Assembly: GCA_965213705.1 (NCBI GenBank)
Contig: OZ243913.1
Coordinates: forward strand, 2,816,001-2,880,000
Reading direction: 5' to 3'
DNA: 64,000 nucleotides
DNA from: Trueperaceae bacterium
Lineage (GTDB): Bacteria; Deinococcota; Deinococci; Deinococcales; Trueperaceae
A program made the position numbers and the translations under genes. The notes below the pieces were generated by a model, which saw only the letters and a list, made by a program, of their open reading frames with translations, was not told the DNA's origin and ran no database searches. Below are positions 61,972 to 64,000 of the stretch, one piece after another. Position 1 is the stretch's first letter; each line of letters starts with the position of its first letter.

Positions 61972-62706
61972 TTGATGTCGCAGAAAACCGTCGGCGTCAT
62001 CGGGGGGCTCGGGCCGGCGGCGACGCTCGACTTTTTTGCCAAGGTACTTGCCGAAACCAAAGCCGACAGCGACCAGGAACACCTCCACCTGCTCATCGAC
62101 AACAACCCCAAGGTGCCCAACCGCAACGAGGCCGTCGCCGGGACCGGGCCGTCACCGGGGCCGCTGTTGGCGGCGAGCGCGGTCAAACTGGAAAAAGCCG
62201 GAGCCGACTTCTTAGTGATGGTCTGCAACGCCGCGCACGCCTTTCAGCGGGATATTACCGAGGCGGTCGGTATCCCGTTCGTGAGCATCATCGAGGAAAC
62301 CGTAGCGGCGACTTTGGCAGAACTGCCCGACGTGAAAACAGTCGGGGTGCTGGCCTCGAGCGGCTGCCTGGACTCGAGCCTTTATCAGAAAGCGTTCGCC
62401 GAGCAGGATGTAACGACACTTGTGCCGACGGGTGAGGAGCGCGACACGTTTATGACCCTCCTCTACCGCATCAAGGCGGGTGATAAAGACGTCAAGGGGG
62501 ACATGCTCGAGCTGGCGAACAGCTTGATTAGCCAAGGTGCCGAGGTCATTATTGCGGGTTGCACCGAAGTCCCGCTCGTCCTGTTCGAGGCAGATTTGAA
62601 CGTGCCCCTTATCAACTCGACCGACGTGCTCGTCGAGAGCACGGTTGCCTACGCGACCGGGCTGAAAGAACTCTCTGAAGTTGCCAGTACGAAAGTTACA
62701 ACGTGA
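61972..62706 (+). CDS. Asp/Glu racemase family (possible cysteate racemase)
   Basis: GVIGGLGPAAT; catalytic VCNAAH and GCTEVP. Confidence 0.88.
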   Translation: MMSQKTVGVIGGLGPAATLDFFAKVLAETKADSDQEHLHLLIDNNPKVPNRNEAVAGTGPSPGPLLAASAVKLEKAGADFLVMVCNAAHAFQRDITEAVGIPFVSIIEETVAATLAELPDVKTVGVLASSGCLDSSLYQKAFAEQDVTTLVPTGEERDTFMTLLYRIKAGDKDVKGDMLELANSLISQGAEVIIAGCTEVPLVLFEADLNVPLINSTDVLVESTVAYATGLKELSEVASTKVTT

Positions 62707-62750
62707 GGGTTACAGTATGAAGGTTAAGGTTTCAGCATGAAAGTTTCGGC

Positions 62751-63722
62751 ATGAAAATCGTCGTGTCCGAACATCTCCCGCCGGAGGCGTTGGCCCGGCT
62801 GCAAAACGCGGCGACCGTCCACTACGACGCCGAGCTGTTCAAAAACCGTGACCGCCTCAAAGAGCAGCTTGCCGACGCCGACGCGCTCGTCGTGCGCAAC
62901 GGGACGCAGGTGGACGCCGAGCTGTTGGAGGGCGCAAAAACGCTCAAGGTCGTGGGGCGGCTCGGGGTGGGGCTGGACAATTTGATGCTGGACGAACTCC
63001 GGGCTCGAGACATCACCGTCACCTGGGCACCGGGCGCGAACGCGGTGAGCGTGGCCGAGTACGTGATGGGGGCGATGCTCGAGCTGTCCCGGCGTTTTGC
63101 AAGTATTTCCGCCGAGGTTCACGGGGGCGTTTGGGACCGCCAAGGGGCCATCGGCGCTGAAATTTACGGCAAAACCCTCGGAATTGTGGGTTTAGGCGAC
63201 ATCGGCAGCCGCTTGGCAAAGCGGGCCACGGCCTTCGGGATGAAGGTGCTGGCGAGCGACCCGGTGGTGCAGGACAACAGCTTCGCGGTGCAGGAATACG
63301 GGCTTGAGTTGCTCGAGCTGACGGCCTTGCTCGAGCGCGCCGACTTCGTCTCTTTGCACGCGCCGCTGTTGCCGAGTACGAGACACCTTATCAACGCCGA
63401 GACGTTGGCATCGTTCAAACCGTCGGCCTACCTCATCAACACCGCGCGCGGCGGCCTCGTGGACGAACAGGCGCTGGCAACTGCCTTGCGACAGGGCAAG
63501 CTCGCGGGCGCGGCGCTCGACGTGCGCGAAAACGAACCGCCCGGTAACGACGACCCGCTGCGCGGGCTGGAAAACGTCCTCCTCACGCCGCACGTCGCGG
63601 GTGTCACCGAGGCGTCGAACCTGCGCGTCTCTTTACACGTGGCGAACGACGTGCTCCGCGTTTTGAGCGGTTCCGCACCCTTGAGTAAAGTACCCATGAG
63701 CAGGGGGCCGGGCAGTGTCTGA
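62751..63722 (+). CDS. D-2-hydroxyacid dehydrogenase (SerA/SlcC-like, no ACT domain)
   Basis: RLGVGLDN, GANAVSVAEYV, GLGDIG, INTARG and TPHVAG motifs. Confidence 0.88.
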   Translation: MKIVVSEHLPPEALARLQNAATVHYDAELFKNRDRLKEQLADADALVVRNGTQVDAELLEGAKTLKVVGRLGVGLDNLMLDELRARDITVTWAPGANAVSVAEYVMGAMLELSRRFASISAEVHGGVWDRQGAIGAEIYGKTLGIVGLGDIGSRLAKRATAFGMKVLASDPVVQDNSFAVQEYGLELLELTALLERADFVSLHAPLLPSTRHLINAETLASFKPSAYLINTARGGLVDEQALATALRQGKLAGAALDVRENEPPGNDDPLRGLENVLLTPHVAGVTEASNLRVSLHVANDVLRVLSGSAPLSKVPMSRGPGSV

Positions 63723-64000
63723 ACATCTCGTACACCTACCGCTGGGCGTTGTACTTGTAAAACTCGACCGAGGCGGGCTCGGTTTGGGCGAGCGGGGCGG
63801 CTCTGAAGCGCGCTGGGCCGACTCGGAAACGGGCGTGATGGGGCTCGAGGCCTACCGCACGGCCGTCAAAGAGCACTTAAAAGAGGTGTACCGCCATCAA
63901 GAAGGCGGCGAGCCCGGCAACATCACCCTGAACTTAGCGAGCCATCAACTCGTCGACGACCTCGTCGGCTGGGGCAAACTGAACGCCTCGAGCCGTCCGT
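63715..64000 (+). CDS. Hypothetical protein (runs off the window)
   Basis: Open frame from GTG 63715 (MSEHLVHLPLGVVLVKLDRGG...) to the window end, overlapping the previous stop. Confidence 0.5.
   Translation, partial: MSEHLVHLPLGVVLVKLDRGGLGLGERGGSEARWADSETGVMGLEAYRTAVKEHLKEVYRHQEGGEPGNITLNLASHQLVDDLVGWGKLNASSRP

Overview
Core-chromosome segment of a high-GC bacterium, most likely Deinococcota and Truepera-like. This is an inference from LysJ, the dcw gene order without murE, Deinococcus-type TPR-wHTH and BMP proteins, and many TANNNT-(5-7 nt)-start leaderless genes. Housekeeping content: sugar ABC genes, wrbA, secA, ligA, RNase P RNA, the mraZ-ftsZ dcw cluster, ribF, rlmB, rpsO-pnp-rnj, leuS, amn, lysJ and sodA. 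Accessory content: two intact toxin-antitoxin pairs (MazEF-like and AbrB-PIN), several orphan antitoxin relics, and single low-GC genes resembling defence nucleases (PLD-SF2 helicase; EVE plus PD-(D/E)XK). Most interesting observations: (1) an unannotated 32-aa secreted propeptide gene (signal peptide plus GAGSTR) divergent from a TPR-winged-helix regulator and upstream of an HD-GYP phosphodiesterase, resembling a peptide quorum-sensing cassette; (2) an XRE-led operon of four tandem, divergent membrane-protein paralogues (DERQ and WLEPDP motifs) followed by a secreted hydrolase; (3) a Leu-codon leader-peptide attenuator upstream of leuS; (4) strong over-representation of the palindrome CTCGAG; (5) repeat-derived AT-rich palindromes inside the RNase P RNA; (6) a probable cysteate/sulfolactate catabolic trio. 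No tRNA, rRNA, CRISPR array, integrase or transposase was recognised. All calls are by eye from motifs; no database search was run.
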